Made by a program: the position numbers and the translations under genes. The notes below the pieces were generated by a model. It saw nothing but the letters and a program-made list of their open reading frames with translations, was not told the DNA's origin and ran no database searches. 64,000 nt of DNA from Thermoanaerobaculia bacterium. Lineage in GTDB: Bacteria > Acidobacteriota > Thermoanaerobaculia > Multivoradales > UBA5704. Each line of letters opens with the position of its first letter. Within the stretch, counting starts at the first letter, position 1. Shown here piece after piece: positions 58,101 through 64,000 of the stretch. The stretch covers positions 23,978 through 87,977 of the forward strand of contig JBGAGQ010000017.1 in the NCBI GenBank assembly GCA_044226625.1, written 5' to 3'.

Positions 58101-61100
58101 AATCGTCCAGTTCGCGGAGGCGAGCTTCGACGTTTCGATGGAGCAGGTGGGCCTGTCGCTCGCCTGCGGCTGCGCGCTGGTGGTGCGAGGTCCGGCGCTG
58201 CCCCTGGATCTTCCGGCTTGGCTCGACCGGTTGGCGATCACCGACGCGAACCTGCCGACCGCCGTCTGGAGCGAATGGGCGCATTCCGACGCTCCGATCC
58301 CCGAGGCGCTTCGTGTTCTGGTCGTCGGCGGAGAGGCGATGGCTCCCGCCGCCGCGGTCCGCTTTCGAGAAAAGCTGGCCGAATGCGGGCGCCCGCCGCG
58401 GCTGCTCAACGCGTACGGGCCGACCGAGGCGGTCGTGACCGCCACGGCTTTCGATCTCCGTCAGGGGCCACTGCCCGAGTCGGGTTCGATCTCCATCGGT
58501 CGGCTCCTACCGGGCCGGACGGGTTACGTGGTGGATGAGGAGGGCCGGCTTGCACCGCTCGGCGGAATCGGCGAGCTGGTGTTGGGCGGACTGCTCGCGC
58601 GAGGGTATCTCGATCGACCGGACCTCACGGCCGAGCGATTCCGTCCCAACCCTTTTGCCGGCGAGGACGGTGAGAGGCTCTATCGCACCGGCGACCGCGT
58701 GCGGCAGCGGGGCGAGGGATCGTTCGATTACCTGGGCCGGATCGACCAGCAGATCAAGGTCCGCGGCTTCCGCATCGAGCCGGGGGAGATCGAAGCCGCC
58801 CTCGAATCGCACCCGCAGATCCAAGAGGCGATCGTCCTCGCACGCGAATCCGTGGGCGTGGGAAAGCGTTTGATCGCTTGGCTCCGACGGACCCTCACGG
58901 CCGAATCGTCGCGCGACGAGAAGGGATGGACCGCCGACCTGCGGGCCTATCTCATGGGTAGGCTGCCGGAGTACATGGTGCCTTCGGCGTTCGTCGCGGT
59001 GGAACGGTGGCCCGTCTCCCCGAGTGGAAAAATTGATCGCCGCGCCCTTCCAGATCCGGTCTTCGCCGAGGAGGCCCGGGAGCGGACCGCCCCACGGACG
59101 CCCACCGAAGAGATCGTGGCGGGACTCTTCGCCGAGCTACTTGGGGCATCCGATCTCGGATCGGAGGCGGACTTCTTCGCGCTCGGCGGCCATTCGCTGC
59201 TGGCGACCCGCTTGGTCTCCAGGGTACGAAAGATTTTTGAGGTCGAGCTCCCCCTCGCCGAGCTGTTTTCGGTTTCGACGGTGGCGGGCGTCGCCTCCCG
59301 GATCGACTCTTTGCGCGGGTCCGGATCTCCTTCGGCGCTTCAGATGGCGCCGCCGCTCTTGCCGCCGCCGCGCCGCCCGGCTGAGATACCACTTTCGTTC
59401 GCCCAGGAGCGGCTGTGGTTCCTCGATCGGCTCGAGCCTGGAAGCGCGACGTACAACGCCGGGCTTCGTCTGAGGCTTGGGGGGGAGTTCGACGAGACGG
59501 CGCTGCTCGAGGCCCTTCGAACGCTGATCGCGCGACACGAACCGCTACGCACCCGGATCGTCGAGTCGAACGGGGGGCCGATCCAGGCGATCGACCCTGC
59601 AACGGAGGCCGCGCGGGCTTTTCGCTGGCCGCGCGTCGACCTGGCGGGGATCTCTCCGAAGGCCGAAGGAGAGGCCGCGCGCCTCGCCCGGTCGGAGGGC
59701 CGGCGCCCGTTCGACCTCGCGCGATCCTCCATGTTGCGCGCGGCTCGGGTGGTGCTCGGCACCGGGCGATGCGACCTGCTCCTCGTCTTCCACCACATCG
59801 CGACGGACGGTTGGTCGCTCGGCATCTTCTCCCGCGAGTTGGTGGAGCTCTATACCGCTTGGATCGAGCATCGAAAGCCGGCGCTCGCCGCACTGCCGCT
59901 CGGTTACGCCGATTGGTCGCTCTGGCAGCGGGCGTGGCTCTCGGGCGCGGTGTACGAGCGAGAGCTCGCCTGGTGGCGCGAACGTCTCGCGGGAGCGCCC
60001 GAGGCACTCGATTTGCCGTTCGATCATCCGCGCCCCGCGTACCCTTCCCGCAGAGGATGGTCGGTCGAGGGCAAGCTCGCCGAAGAGCTTTCGGGGCGAC
60101 TCGCGGCGTGCGCCGGAAGCGTGGGAGCGACGCTTTCGATGGTTTTGCTCGCGGCTTGGTGCGCGCTTCTCGAACGCTTCGGCGCCGGGCTCGATCAGGT
60201 GCTCGCGATGCCGATCGCGAATCGGAACCGTTCGGAAACCGAGGGCTTGGTCGGCTTCTTCGTCAACACGCTCGCCCTGAGGATCGAGATCCCGAGACGG
60301 AACGTCGCGCTCGGAGATCTCATCTCACGCGTCCGGGACGCGTCGCTCGCGGCCTACGCCCATCAAGACTTTCCGTTCGAGAAATTGGCGGAGCGCGGGG
60401 GAACGCCTCCGGGTCAGGTCTCCTTCGCGTTTCAGAACCTCCCGGAGCCGGTCGTCCTGCCCGGCGTGGAGATGACCGCGGAGGAGCTCTCCGGGGAGGG
60501 CGCGAAGTTCGATCTCGGCTTGATCGTGGTTCCAGGGCGGAACTCCGGTGATTCGATGAGGACACGGATCGAGATCTCGCTCGACCGGTTCGACCCGGCG
60601 ACGGGGGCTCGGTTGCTCGCCGCGTTCGAGCGGATGGCGGTGGCGGTGGCCGGACATCCGGAGCGAGCGCTGGGTGACGTGGAGGTTTTCGGGCCGGCGG
60701 AGCGGCACCAGATGCTCTGCGAATGGAACGCGAGCGGGTGGGAGAGGGGTTGGGAGAGGGCCGCGTTCGTAGAGGCTCGCGTGCAGGACTTCGTGACGCG
60801 GTGGGCTCGTGAGCGGCCGGAGGCCCTCGCGTTGAAGTCGGAGCACGAACCGGCGAGAGGAGTTTCTTGGGCTGCGCTGGAGGAGCACACGGATGCGCTC
60901 GCTCGGCGGCTCGCGGGGCTGGGTGTCGGACCGGAAAAGGTGGTCGCGGTGTCGTTGGATTGGTCGGTCGATCGGGTCTTGGCGATGGTCGCTGTTTGGA
61001 AGGCGGGCGGGTGTTATCTACCGGTCGATCCGGTCCTGCCGGTGGAGCGGCAACGATTGTTGGTGGTGGATTCCGGGGCGGTAGTCGTGGTCAGCCGCGG

Positions 61101-64000
61101 TGCCTTCTTGGAGGGCCTGACGGCGGGTTGGGAGGGGTGGAGCGGGAGGGTCGCGCCGCTTCTTCTCAGTAAGGAGAGTGGGCTTCCGGAGGGGGTGGAC
61201 TTCGGAGCGGCGGTGGCTCCTCGGAAGGTGGTGGCGGAAAACCTTGCTTATCTGATCTATACCTCGGGGTCGACGGGGATGCCGAAAGGGGTCGGGGTCG
61301 CGCATGGCGAGGCGGTGAGGCATTTCGCTTCGTCGGTGGAACGGTATGGATGGAGCGAGCGCGATCGAGTGGCCTTGTTGGGAGCGATGAGCTTCGATCT
61401 TTCGGTCGATCAGGTGGGATGTGCATTGGCCGCGGGGGCGACGCTCGTCGTTCGCGGGCCGGAGATGCCGGCGCCGTCCGAGTTCTCGGCTTGGTTGGAG
61501 CGGCTGCAGATTTCTTGCGTGACGATGCCCACGCCGCTGTTTGCCGAATGGACGCGAAGCGATCGGCCGCTGCCGGAAGCTTTGCGGATGTTCTACGCCG
61601 GAGGCGAGGCGATGCCGGCCGAGGCGGCGAGTCGGCTGAGGGAACGGGTCGAGCGGGGTTCTTCTCTCTTGGCGCTCAACGCCTATGGACCGACCGAGGC
61701 GGTAGTTGCGGCGACCTGCCATGACGTCTTGCGGGGCGCGCTTCCGGAAGTGGGTTCGGTTTCGATCGGCCGCTTGCTGCCAGGGCGCGTGGGCTTCGTC
61801 GTCGACGAAGTCGGGAACCCGGTGCCGCTCGGAGGGACCGGCGAGCTGGCGCTCGGCGGACCGCTCGCGCGAGGGTATCTCGATCGGCCGGACCTTACGG
61901 CCGAGCGATTCCGTCCCAACCCCTTTACTGACAAAGACGGCGAGAGGCTCTATCGCACCGGCGACCGCGTAAGGCAGCGGGGCGACGGCACCTTCGATCA
62001 CCTCGGCCGGCTCGATCAACAGGTGAAGATCCGCGGCTTCCGCATCGAGCTGGGCGAGATCGAAGCGGCGCTCGCCGCGCATCCTCAGGTGATCGATTCG
62101 GTCGTTGCGGTGCGCGAGGCACCAAAGATCGGGGACCGACTGGTCGCTTGGGTTCGCCTGCGAGAGCAGGTCAAAGGGCCGGACTTACGTGCGCACCTGG
62201 CGAGGATCCTGCCGGAGTACATGGTGCCGGCGGCCTTCGTCGAGGTCGAGGTTTGGCCGTTGACGCCTTCGGGGAAGATCGACCGGCGGGCGCTGCCCGA
62301 TCCGGTCTTCGACGGCGAGGTGGGCAAGAGCACGGCGCCTCGCACGCCGATCGAGGAGATCCTGGCGGGAGTGTTCGGGGAATTGCTCGGAGTCGGTGGG
62401 GTCGGAGTGGATGGCGATTTCTTCGCGCTTGGTGGGCATTCGTTGCTCGCGACGCGATTGGTTTCGCGGGTGCGCGAGGTCTTCGGAATCGAGCTGCCGC
62501 TGGCGGAGGTTTTCGCGCGCTCGACAGTCGAGGGCGTGGCAGCGGCGGTGGAAGAAAAGCTCAACGAGGGGAAGAGGGCCGAACCGATTGCGCGCGGGGC
62601 GAGCGAGTCGGACGAGGTGCCGTTGTCTTTCGCGCAGGAGCGATTGTGGTTCCTCGATCGATTGGAGCCGGGCTCGGCGGCGTACAACATCGGTTTTCGA
62701 TTGACGCTCGAAGGGGCACTGTCGGTGCCGGCCCTGGAGGCCGCGCTCTCGCATGTCGTCGCACGGCACGAGCCGTTGCGGACGCGCTACGTGCAGGTCG
62801 GAGACGTGGCGCGGCAGATCGTCGATCCGCCTTCGACGAGTTTTTCGCGCTTTCCGTGCGTCGATCTGCAGGGGATTTCGCCTATCGACTCGCCTATGTC
62901 GGCTGGATCCGTCGTGTCGGACGAGGCCGCGCGAATCGGTGGCCTTCTCGGCCGCAGGCCGTTCGACCTCGCGCGCGGTCCGGTGGTGCGCGTGCTTTTG
63001 GTCCGCCGCGGCCCGGCGCTCCACGACGCGATCTTCAGCTTCCATCACATCGCAATCGACGGCTGGTCGATGTCGGTCTTCTCGCGCGAGATCGCTGAGG
63101 CCTACACCTCCTTCGTTGAAAAGAGAGCGGCGCACCTGCCGGGCCTGCCGATCTCTTACTCGGACTGGACCCTCTGGCAGCGGCGCCAGCTCTCGGGTGA
63201 GCGTTACGAGCGCGAGCTCGCTTGGTGGAAAGCCCGGCTGGCCGGCGCGCCGGAGGCGCTCGAGTTGCCGACGGACCGACCGCGGCCGTCCGCCCCGAAG
63301 CGCCGAGCGGCAATCGCCCGATGCTTGCTACCGCCCGAGCTAGCACGAACGATCCGCACGCGCGCGAACGCCGAAGCCTCAACTCCCTTCATGATGCTTT
63401 TGGCAGCCTGGGCAGGCCTCTTGAGCCGCCTGGGTTCGGGCCGCGATCTGGTGATCGGCACGCCGATCGCAAACCGCAATCGCGCCGAGACCGAAGGCCT
63501 GATCGGCTTCTTCGTCAACTCGCTGGCCCTCCGGATAACTGCCGATCCTTCCGCGCCCCTGCGCTCGTTGCTGACCCATGCGCGCGAAGCCTCGATCGGC
63601 GCGTTCGCGCATCAGGACTTCCCGTTCGAGCGTCTAGTGGCGGAGCTGGGCGTCGCGCGCGGAGGGAACGTCCCGCCGATCTATCAGGTGTCGTTCGCGT
63701 TCCAAAACCTGCCGGATGTGGCACCAGAGGCGTTTAACCTCCCGGGATTGGAGACCACCGTTGCGGGCCTCTCCGGCGGAGCGGCAAAGCTCGATCTCGC
63801 TCTCGTGGTGTCGCCGGTCCAAGAGGGTTGGCTCGCCGAGCTGGAGCTGAACACGGATCAGTTCGATCCGGCGACCGGCGCGCGGCTGCTGGCCGGGTTC
63901 GAGCGGATGGCACGGGTCGTGGCGGAAGCTCCCGAGCAGCGGCTTGCCGAGGCGGAGCTTCTGGGGCGACTGGAGCGGCATCAACTGCTCTATGAATGGA
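46135..64000 (+). CDS. Giant non-ribosomal peptide synthetase, 5' complete, 3' end beyond window (C-A-T x5 + C6...)
   Basis: The frame with codon starts at 46135+3n is open from the TAG at 46096..46098 to the window end. No track ORF exists in this frame because no stop occurs. Start is GTG 46135 or ATG 46207. Six HHxxxD motifs, five A3 motifs (LAYLIYTSGSTG[TM]PKGV) and five FFALGGHSLL carrier motifs are all in this frame. Confidence 0.95.
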   Translation, partial: MPPPLDPPTAERRELPTEPPLRAPMALGQEALWFLSKLAPDSRAYHLCGAARLVEPLAPGLPESLRHAFSELSARHPALRTTFGEGEDGRPEQRIGEAPGIPFRFEVAAGTTESEALLAAHLDLPFDLGRGPLARAGLIANGDEAVLWLAAHHLVADFWSLAVMLRDLGEVLAAQRADLAPGDPAPEREAEGTPGKRGGGGPQLTYAQWALWQRDRAEREEGRRELEAWRRLLAGELPPLELPTDRPRRPRETWAGGAVDISLSEKATRALAQIARGGKTNLFAAIVTAFQAFLGRLSGQDELIVGTPTSGRFGARVADQVGYFVNPVPIRADLSGDPSIQGLLARQRSVVQAALALQAFPFSRLAEEIQAERQTGRAPLFDVMLAYEKARGGEGFWGFALGLPGMRVDLGGLALESLRVEPSGSPFDLSLAVAEVGGGLAGSLRYSEELFDRSTIERWSRWLMRWLEWIAAAPARRLSEVPYFSAEESAELWADRGREEGPEPRERRIHDFVETWARERPAAPALESEHEPGRRYTWADLDAHTDRLARRLAGLGVGPEKVVGVSIERSVDRVLAMVAIWKAGGCYLPIDPELPVERRRLMVVDSGTVALVGRSAYWEDLTSGWEGWHGRVAPLLLRKESGLPETEDFGPEELPRSAVAENLAYLIYTSGSTGTPKGVGISHRHAVGHFAAASRFYRMDGTDRVVQFASASFDVSMEQVGVALASGGELVVRGPELPNPLELSAWMTRWGITNANLPTAVWTEWSRAEDPLPEGLRVLVTGGEAMTPAAAERFRKRMAMRPTSPVVFNGYGPTETVVTATCFDLRGEISDGSAVSIGMLLPRRHGAVVDRRGHLLPLGIPGELALGGLLARGYLDRPDLTAERFRPDFLAGAPVGGRLYHTGDRVRLRLDGTLDYLGRIDQQIKIRGIRIEPGEIEAAIETHPAIREAIVFARESSLGLRLIAWVRRVEGATEDEAAPAVLRAFLKDRLPEAMVPVAFVAVEEWPIGASGKVDRRALPEPSFASGEAERIAPRTPLEVEIERLFAELLGCAEVGAEEDFFALGGHSLLVTQLVSRIRRGFGVELGLAELFAGATVAGIAARVASEKEKRKLIEGSEVQAIERVARGSDDVPLSFAQERLWFVDRLEPGRATYNVGFRLVLGGELRVPALEAALATVVARHEPLRTRYAQPGDVARQEVDPPSVSFSRWPLVDLAAVLDAGRPVEAARIGRNEGRRPFDLARGPVWRAVLARRGPALHDAIFTFHHIAIDGWSLAVFSREIAEVYSSFVEKRPARLPELPITYADWAIWQRRHLSGERYERELSWRRSHLKGAPEATELPVDRPRPAVPKRNAAQVRRTLPSQLAKSIATRANAEASTPFMMLFAAWAGLLSRLGSGTDLVIGTPIANRNRAETEGLIGFFVNSLAIRVTADPSAPLRSLVSSVREASVGAFAHQDFPFERLVAELGVTRGGNVPPIYQVSFAFQNLPVPVMLPGLTTTVEELDGGAAKLDLGLVVTPVEDRLEAQLEVNLDLFDPATGARLLAGFERMAWELTEAPERLLAEAELLGRAERHQLLYEWNEGGGQLPGRVIHDFVRRWARERPDALALESEHEPGRLYSWAELDTHTERMARRLVGLGVGPERVVGVSIERSVDRVLGMVAIWKAGGCYLPIDPELPVERRRLLVVDSGAVAVVGRSAYWEDLTSGWDGWHGRVAPLLVSKEGGLPEGEDFGAEERARWAVAENLAYLIYTSGSTGTPKGVGISHRHAVGHFVAASGFYRMDGSDRVVQFASASFDVSMEQVGVALASGGALVVRGPEMPNPLELSAWMTRWGITNANLPTAVWTEWSQAEDPLPEGLRVLVTGGEAMTPAAAERFRKRMAMRPTSPVVYNGYGPTETVVTATCYDLRFGRLSESGSVSIGRLLPSRTGYVVDGEDRLVPLGGIGELVLGGLLARGYLDRPDLTAERFRPNPFTDKDGERLYRTGDRVRQRGDGSFDYLGRLDQQIKIRGFRIEPGEIEAALEAYPHIKEAIVLARDSAATGKRLIAWVRRAGDGANPHATSDSLSSELSSFLKGRLPDYMVPMAIVEVDEWPLSPSGKIDRRALPDPAFQETFEKIAPRTPTEEIVAGMFGELLGASDVGAEADFFALGGHSLLATQLASRIRKTFGVELPLAELFSGSTVAQIAERIEAASGAAPAPAIVRAADAEREGVLSFAEERLWFLDRLAPGRSTYNVGFRLSLRGPLVPSALRSALAGVVSRHAPLRSRFGEREGIPFTTIGPAEAMDGFRLPKIDLSVLGSKRKREGARVAAAEGRRSFDLSRGPVVRATLVRIDTERHDLLVVFHHIATDGWSLSVFSREVAELYAAAVEGRLAVLPPLSIEYADWAVWQRAWLSGKKYAGELSWWRSRLEGMPETIDLPSDRPRPRGEAMHAAEWVRRDLGSDLAARIGARARASGSTPFMVLLAAWAGLLSRLGAGGDVPVGAPIANRNRSEIEGLIGFFVNSLVMRVRAEAGATLGILLENARETALAAYAHQDFPFDRLVGDRAGARGGGAPPMFQTSLVFQNLPETAELPGLLATIEPLDGGVAKLDLSLVITPRRAEDGSGLSALLEIDLDVFDPATGARLLAGFERLSEQMANQPDRLLAEAELLALEERHQLLVEWNDGAAGFRAPVLCIHDFVRKWARERPDGLALESVHEPGRRYTWAELEAHTERLSRRLTALGVGPEGVVAVSLPWSVDRLLAMVAIWKAGGCYLPVDPELPVERRRLLLMDSAAVAFVGRTAFWNELMEEWEPRGAGFAPLLLDEASGLPLESGPEGNSREAAPQGLAYLIYTSGSTGTPKGVAVSHEDAVGHFASAAAFYRMDASERVIQFASASFDVSMEQVGTALACGGTLVVRGPELPPPLDLTDWLERHRITHANLPTAVWAEWSRADGPLPRDLRVLVTAGEVMSPQAAERFLVRAAESDVPPRILNGYGPTEAVVIATCHDIAQGRLPESGSVSIGRSLPGRSALVIDGSGTIQPLGGRGELALGGFLARGYLGRPDLTAERFRPDPFGADRGSPGARLYWTGDRVRIAGSGAIDFFGRIDQQVKIRGFRIEPGEIESALADAPGVGEAIVLARAGATGEARLLAWYRPASSKEVPVDPTELRRFLAARLPDYMVPAAFVAVEGWPKSPSGKIDKRALPEPEVEAARYVAPRTPIERGLAEAFSEMLGVVEVGADDDFFALGGHSLLATRLVSRIRREFGVELGLAELFAGATVSGIAARVAAEREKQKLIEGSEVGAIERRGGGSDVVPLSFAQERLWFIDRSEPGRATYNVGFRLVLGGELCVPALETALAALVARHEPLRTRYAQPGDVARQEIDPPSPRFSSLSRVDLEAISRVNRSFSVGAELASAREHRNPMAEASSAPTLGEFVSSIASVEAARIGRLLGRRPFDLGRGPVMRAILVRRGPALHDAIFTFHHIAIDGWSLAVFSREIAEAYSSFVDNRTARLIDLPISYADWAIWQRRQLSGERYERELVWWRTQLEGAPEAIELAVDRPRPSSPKRQAAQVCRSLPPQLATSIAARANAEASTPFMMLLAAWAGLLSRLGAGRDLVIGTPIANRNRAETEGLIGFFVNSLAIRVTADPTAPMRSLLSSVREASFGAFAHQDFPFERLVAELGVARGGNVPPIYQVSFAFQNLPAPVMLPGLTTTIEELDGGTAKLDLGLVVTPFEDRLEAQLEVNLDLFDPATGARLLAKFERMARELAEAPERPLAEAELLGPLERHQLLYEWNEGGAELPERILHAFLRRWARERPTASALESEHEPGRVYSWSELDAHTDRLARRLAGLGVGPEWVVGVSLERSVDRVLAMVAIWKAGGCYMPIDPELPVERRRLLVADSGAVAVVTRVAFWGDLTSDWEGWHGRVAPLLLGKEDGLPEGGYFGPEESPRSALAENLAYLIYTSGSTGMPKGVGVSHRAAAGHFAAAKAFYGLGDRDRIVQFAEASFDVSMEQVGLSLACGCALVVRGPALPLDLPAWLDRLAITDANLPTAVWSEWAHSDAPIPEALRVLVVGGEAMAPAAAVRFREKLAECGRPPRLLNAYGPTEAVVTATAFDLRQGPLPESGSISIGRLLPGRTGYVVDEEGRLAPLGGIGELVLGGLLARGYLDRPDLTAERFRPNPFAGEDGERLYRTGDRVRQRGEGSFDYLGRIDQQIKVRGFRIEPGEIEAALESHPQIQEAIVLARESVGVGKRLIAWLRRTLTAESSRDEKGWTADLRAYLMGRLPEYMVPSAFVAVERWPVSPSGKIDRRALPDPVFAEEARERTAPRTPTEEIVAGLFAELLGASDLGSEADFFALGGHSLLATRLVSRVRKIFEVELPLAELFSVSTVAGVASRIDSLRGSGSPSALQMAPPLLPPPRRPAEIPLSFAQERLWFLDRLEPGSATYNAGLRLRLGGEFDETALLEALRTLIARHEPLRTRIVESNGGPIQAIDPATEAARAFRWPRVDLAGISPKAEGEAARLARSEGRRPFDLARSSMLRAARVVLGTGRCDLLLVFHHIATDGWSLGIFSRELVELYTAWIEHRKPALAALPLGYADWSLWQRAWLSGAVYERELAWWRERLAGAPEALDLPFDHPRPAYPSRRGWSVEGKLAEELSGRLAACAGSVGATLSMVLLAAWCALLERFGAGLDQVLAMPIANRNRSETEGLVGFFVNTLALRIEIPRRNVALGDLISRVRDASLAAYAHQDFPFEKLAERGGTPPGQVSFAFQNLPEPVVLPGVEMTAEELSGEGAKFDLGLIVVPGRNSGDSMRTRIEISLDRFDPATGARLLAAFERMAVAVAGHPERALGDVEVFGPAERHQMLCEWNASGWERGWERAAFVEARVQDFVTRWARERPEALALKSEHEPARGVSWAALEEHTDALARRLAGLGVGPEKVVAVSLDWSVDRVLAMVAVWKAGGCYLPVDPVLPVERQRLLVVDSGAVVVVSRGAFLEGLTAGWEGWSGRVAPLLLSKESGLPEGVDFGAAVAPRKVVAENLAYLIYTSGSTGMPKGVGVAHGEAVRHFASSVERYGWSERDRVALLGAMSFDLSVDQVGCALAAGATLVVRGPEMPAPSEFSAWLERLQISCVTMPTPLFAEWTRSDRPLPEALRMFYAGGEAMPAEAASRLRERVERGSSLLALNAYGPTEAVVAATCHDVLRGALPEVGSVSIGRLLPGRVGFVVDEVGNPVPLGGTGELALGGPLARGYLDRPDLTAERFRPNPFTDKDGERLYRTGDRVRQRGDGTFDHLGRLDQQVKIRGFRIELGEIEAALAAHPQVIDSVVAVREAPKIGDRLVAWVRLREQVKGPDLRAHLARILPEYMVPAAFVEVEVWPLTPSGKIDRRALPDPVFDGEVGKSTAPRTPIEEILAGVFGELLGVGGVGVDGDFFALGGHSLLATRLVSRVREVFGIELPLAEVFARSTVEGVAAAVEEKLNEGKRAEPIARGASESDEVPLSFAQERLWFLDRLEPGSAAYNIGFRLTLEGALSVPALEAALSHVVARHEPLRTRYVQVGDVARQIVDPPSTSFSRFPCVDLQGISPIDSPMSAGSVVSDEAARIGGLLGRRPFDLARGPVVRVLLVRRGPALHDAIFSFHHIAIDGWSMSVFSREIAEAYTSFVEKRAAHLPGLPISYSDWTLWQRRQLSGERYERELAWWKARLAGAPEALELPTDRPRPSAPKRRAAIARCLLPPELARTIRTRANAEASTPFMMLLAAWAGLLSRLGSGRDLVIGTPIANRNRAETEGLIGFFVNSLALRITADPSAPLRSLLTHAREASIGAFAHQDFPFERLVAELGVARGGNVPPIYQVSFAFQNLPDVAPEAFNLPGLETTVAGLSGGAAKLDLALVVSPVQEGWLAELELNTDQFDPATGARLLAGFERMARVVAEAPEQRLAEAELLGRLERHQLLYEW
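46207..49470 (+). other. NRPS module 1: N-terminal (starter-position) C domain, A1, T1
   Basis: C: AHHLVADFWS (HH codons 46588..46593). A: WKAGGCYLPIDP, A3 at 48121..48171, FDVSMEQV, NGYGPTE, YHTGDRVR, GRIDQQIKIRGIRIEPGEIE, GKVDRRALP. T: Ser codon 49333..49335. Confidence 0.9.
49525..52720 (+). other. NRPS module 2 (C2-A2-T2)
   Basis: VPLSFAQERLWF. HH codons 49927..49932. A3 at 51367..51417. T Ser codon 52591..52593. Confidence 0.9.
52768..55960 (+). other. NRPS module 3 (C3-A3-T3)
   Basis: LSFAEERLWFL. HH codons 53167..53172. A3 at 54622..54672. T Ser codon 55837..55839. Confidence 0.9.
56029..59330 (+). other. NRPS module 4 (C4-A4-T4)
   Basis: VPLSFAQERLWF. HH codons 56536..56541. A3 at 57976..58026. 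T Ser codon 59194..59196. Confidence 0.9.
59386..62570 (+). other. NRPS module 5 (C5-A5-T5)
   Basis: IPLSFAQERLWFL. HH codons 59791..59796. A3 at 61243..61293. T Ser codon 62440..62442. Confidence 0.9.
62617..64000 (+). other. NRPS C6 domain (start of module 6, continues beyond window)
   Basis: VPLSFAQERLWFL. HH codons 63043..63048. Ends in the C-A linker ERHQLLYEW at the window edge. Confidence 0.9.

Noticed and set aside
46135-64000. Periodic repeats considered as CRISPR-like or tandem satellite DNA
   Set aside because: The repeat units are 3.3-6.5 kb coding modules in a continuous reading frame, not short repeats with spacers.

Overview
This is a 64-kb, high-GC (roughly two-thirds G+C by eye) bacterial chromosomal window. 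Marker families (ADOP duplicated orphan permease, acidobacterial-type VWA protein, ELWxxDGT repeat protein, exosortase) point to an Acidobacteriota-like genome. I support about 40 protein genes and recognised no rRNA, tRNA, CRISPR array, transposase or integrase. Contents from left to right: (1) A tightly coupled minus-strand lipid/glycolipid operon: KASIII, MBL hydrolase, F390-synthetase-like adenylating enzyme, SDR reductase, GT2/GT21 glycosyltransferase. (2) uvrC, a TldD/PmbA-like gene, a secreted amidohydrolase and pcm. (3) An SPFH-SPFH-MoxR-VWA/zincin operon. (4) Two adjacent selenoprotein genes that the ORF track splits at in-frame TGA codons. One is iodothyronine-deiodinase-like and one is GrdB/PrdB-like, and each has a SECIS-like hairpin just downstream of the TGA. 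(5) A secreted ELWxxDGT repeat protein, a small secreted protein and a 1051-aa six-heme c-type cytochrome. (6) A nested inverted repeat of about 250 bp in a convergent intergenic region. (7) DDAH, an exosortase pair, pyrR-pyrB-pyrC, a CreBC/CreD-like module, a His-rich Ni/Co transporter, a tandem VWA protein, an ADOP permease, a class V aminotransferase, a single SerA-Ddl reading frame and pyrF. (8) From about 46.1 kb to the window end, one uninterrupted NRPS reading frame of at least 17.8 kb (C-A-T x5 plus a sixth C). It is absent from the ORF track only because it has no stop inside the window. Many long ORFs in the track are Arg/Pro/Gly-rich antisense or out-of-frame shadows typical of high-GC DNA, and I rejected them.
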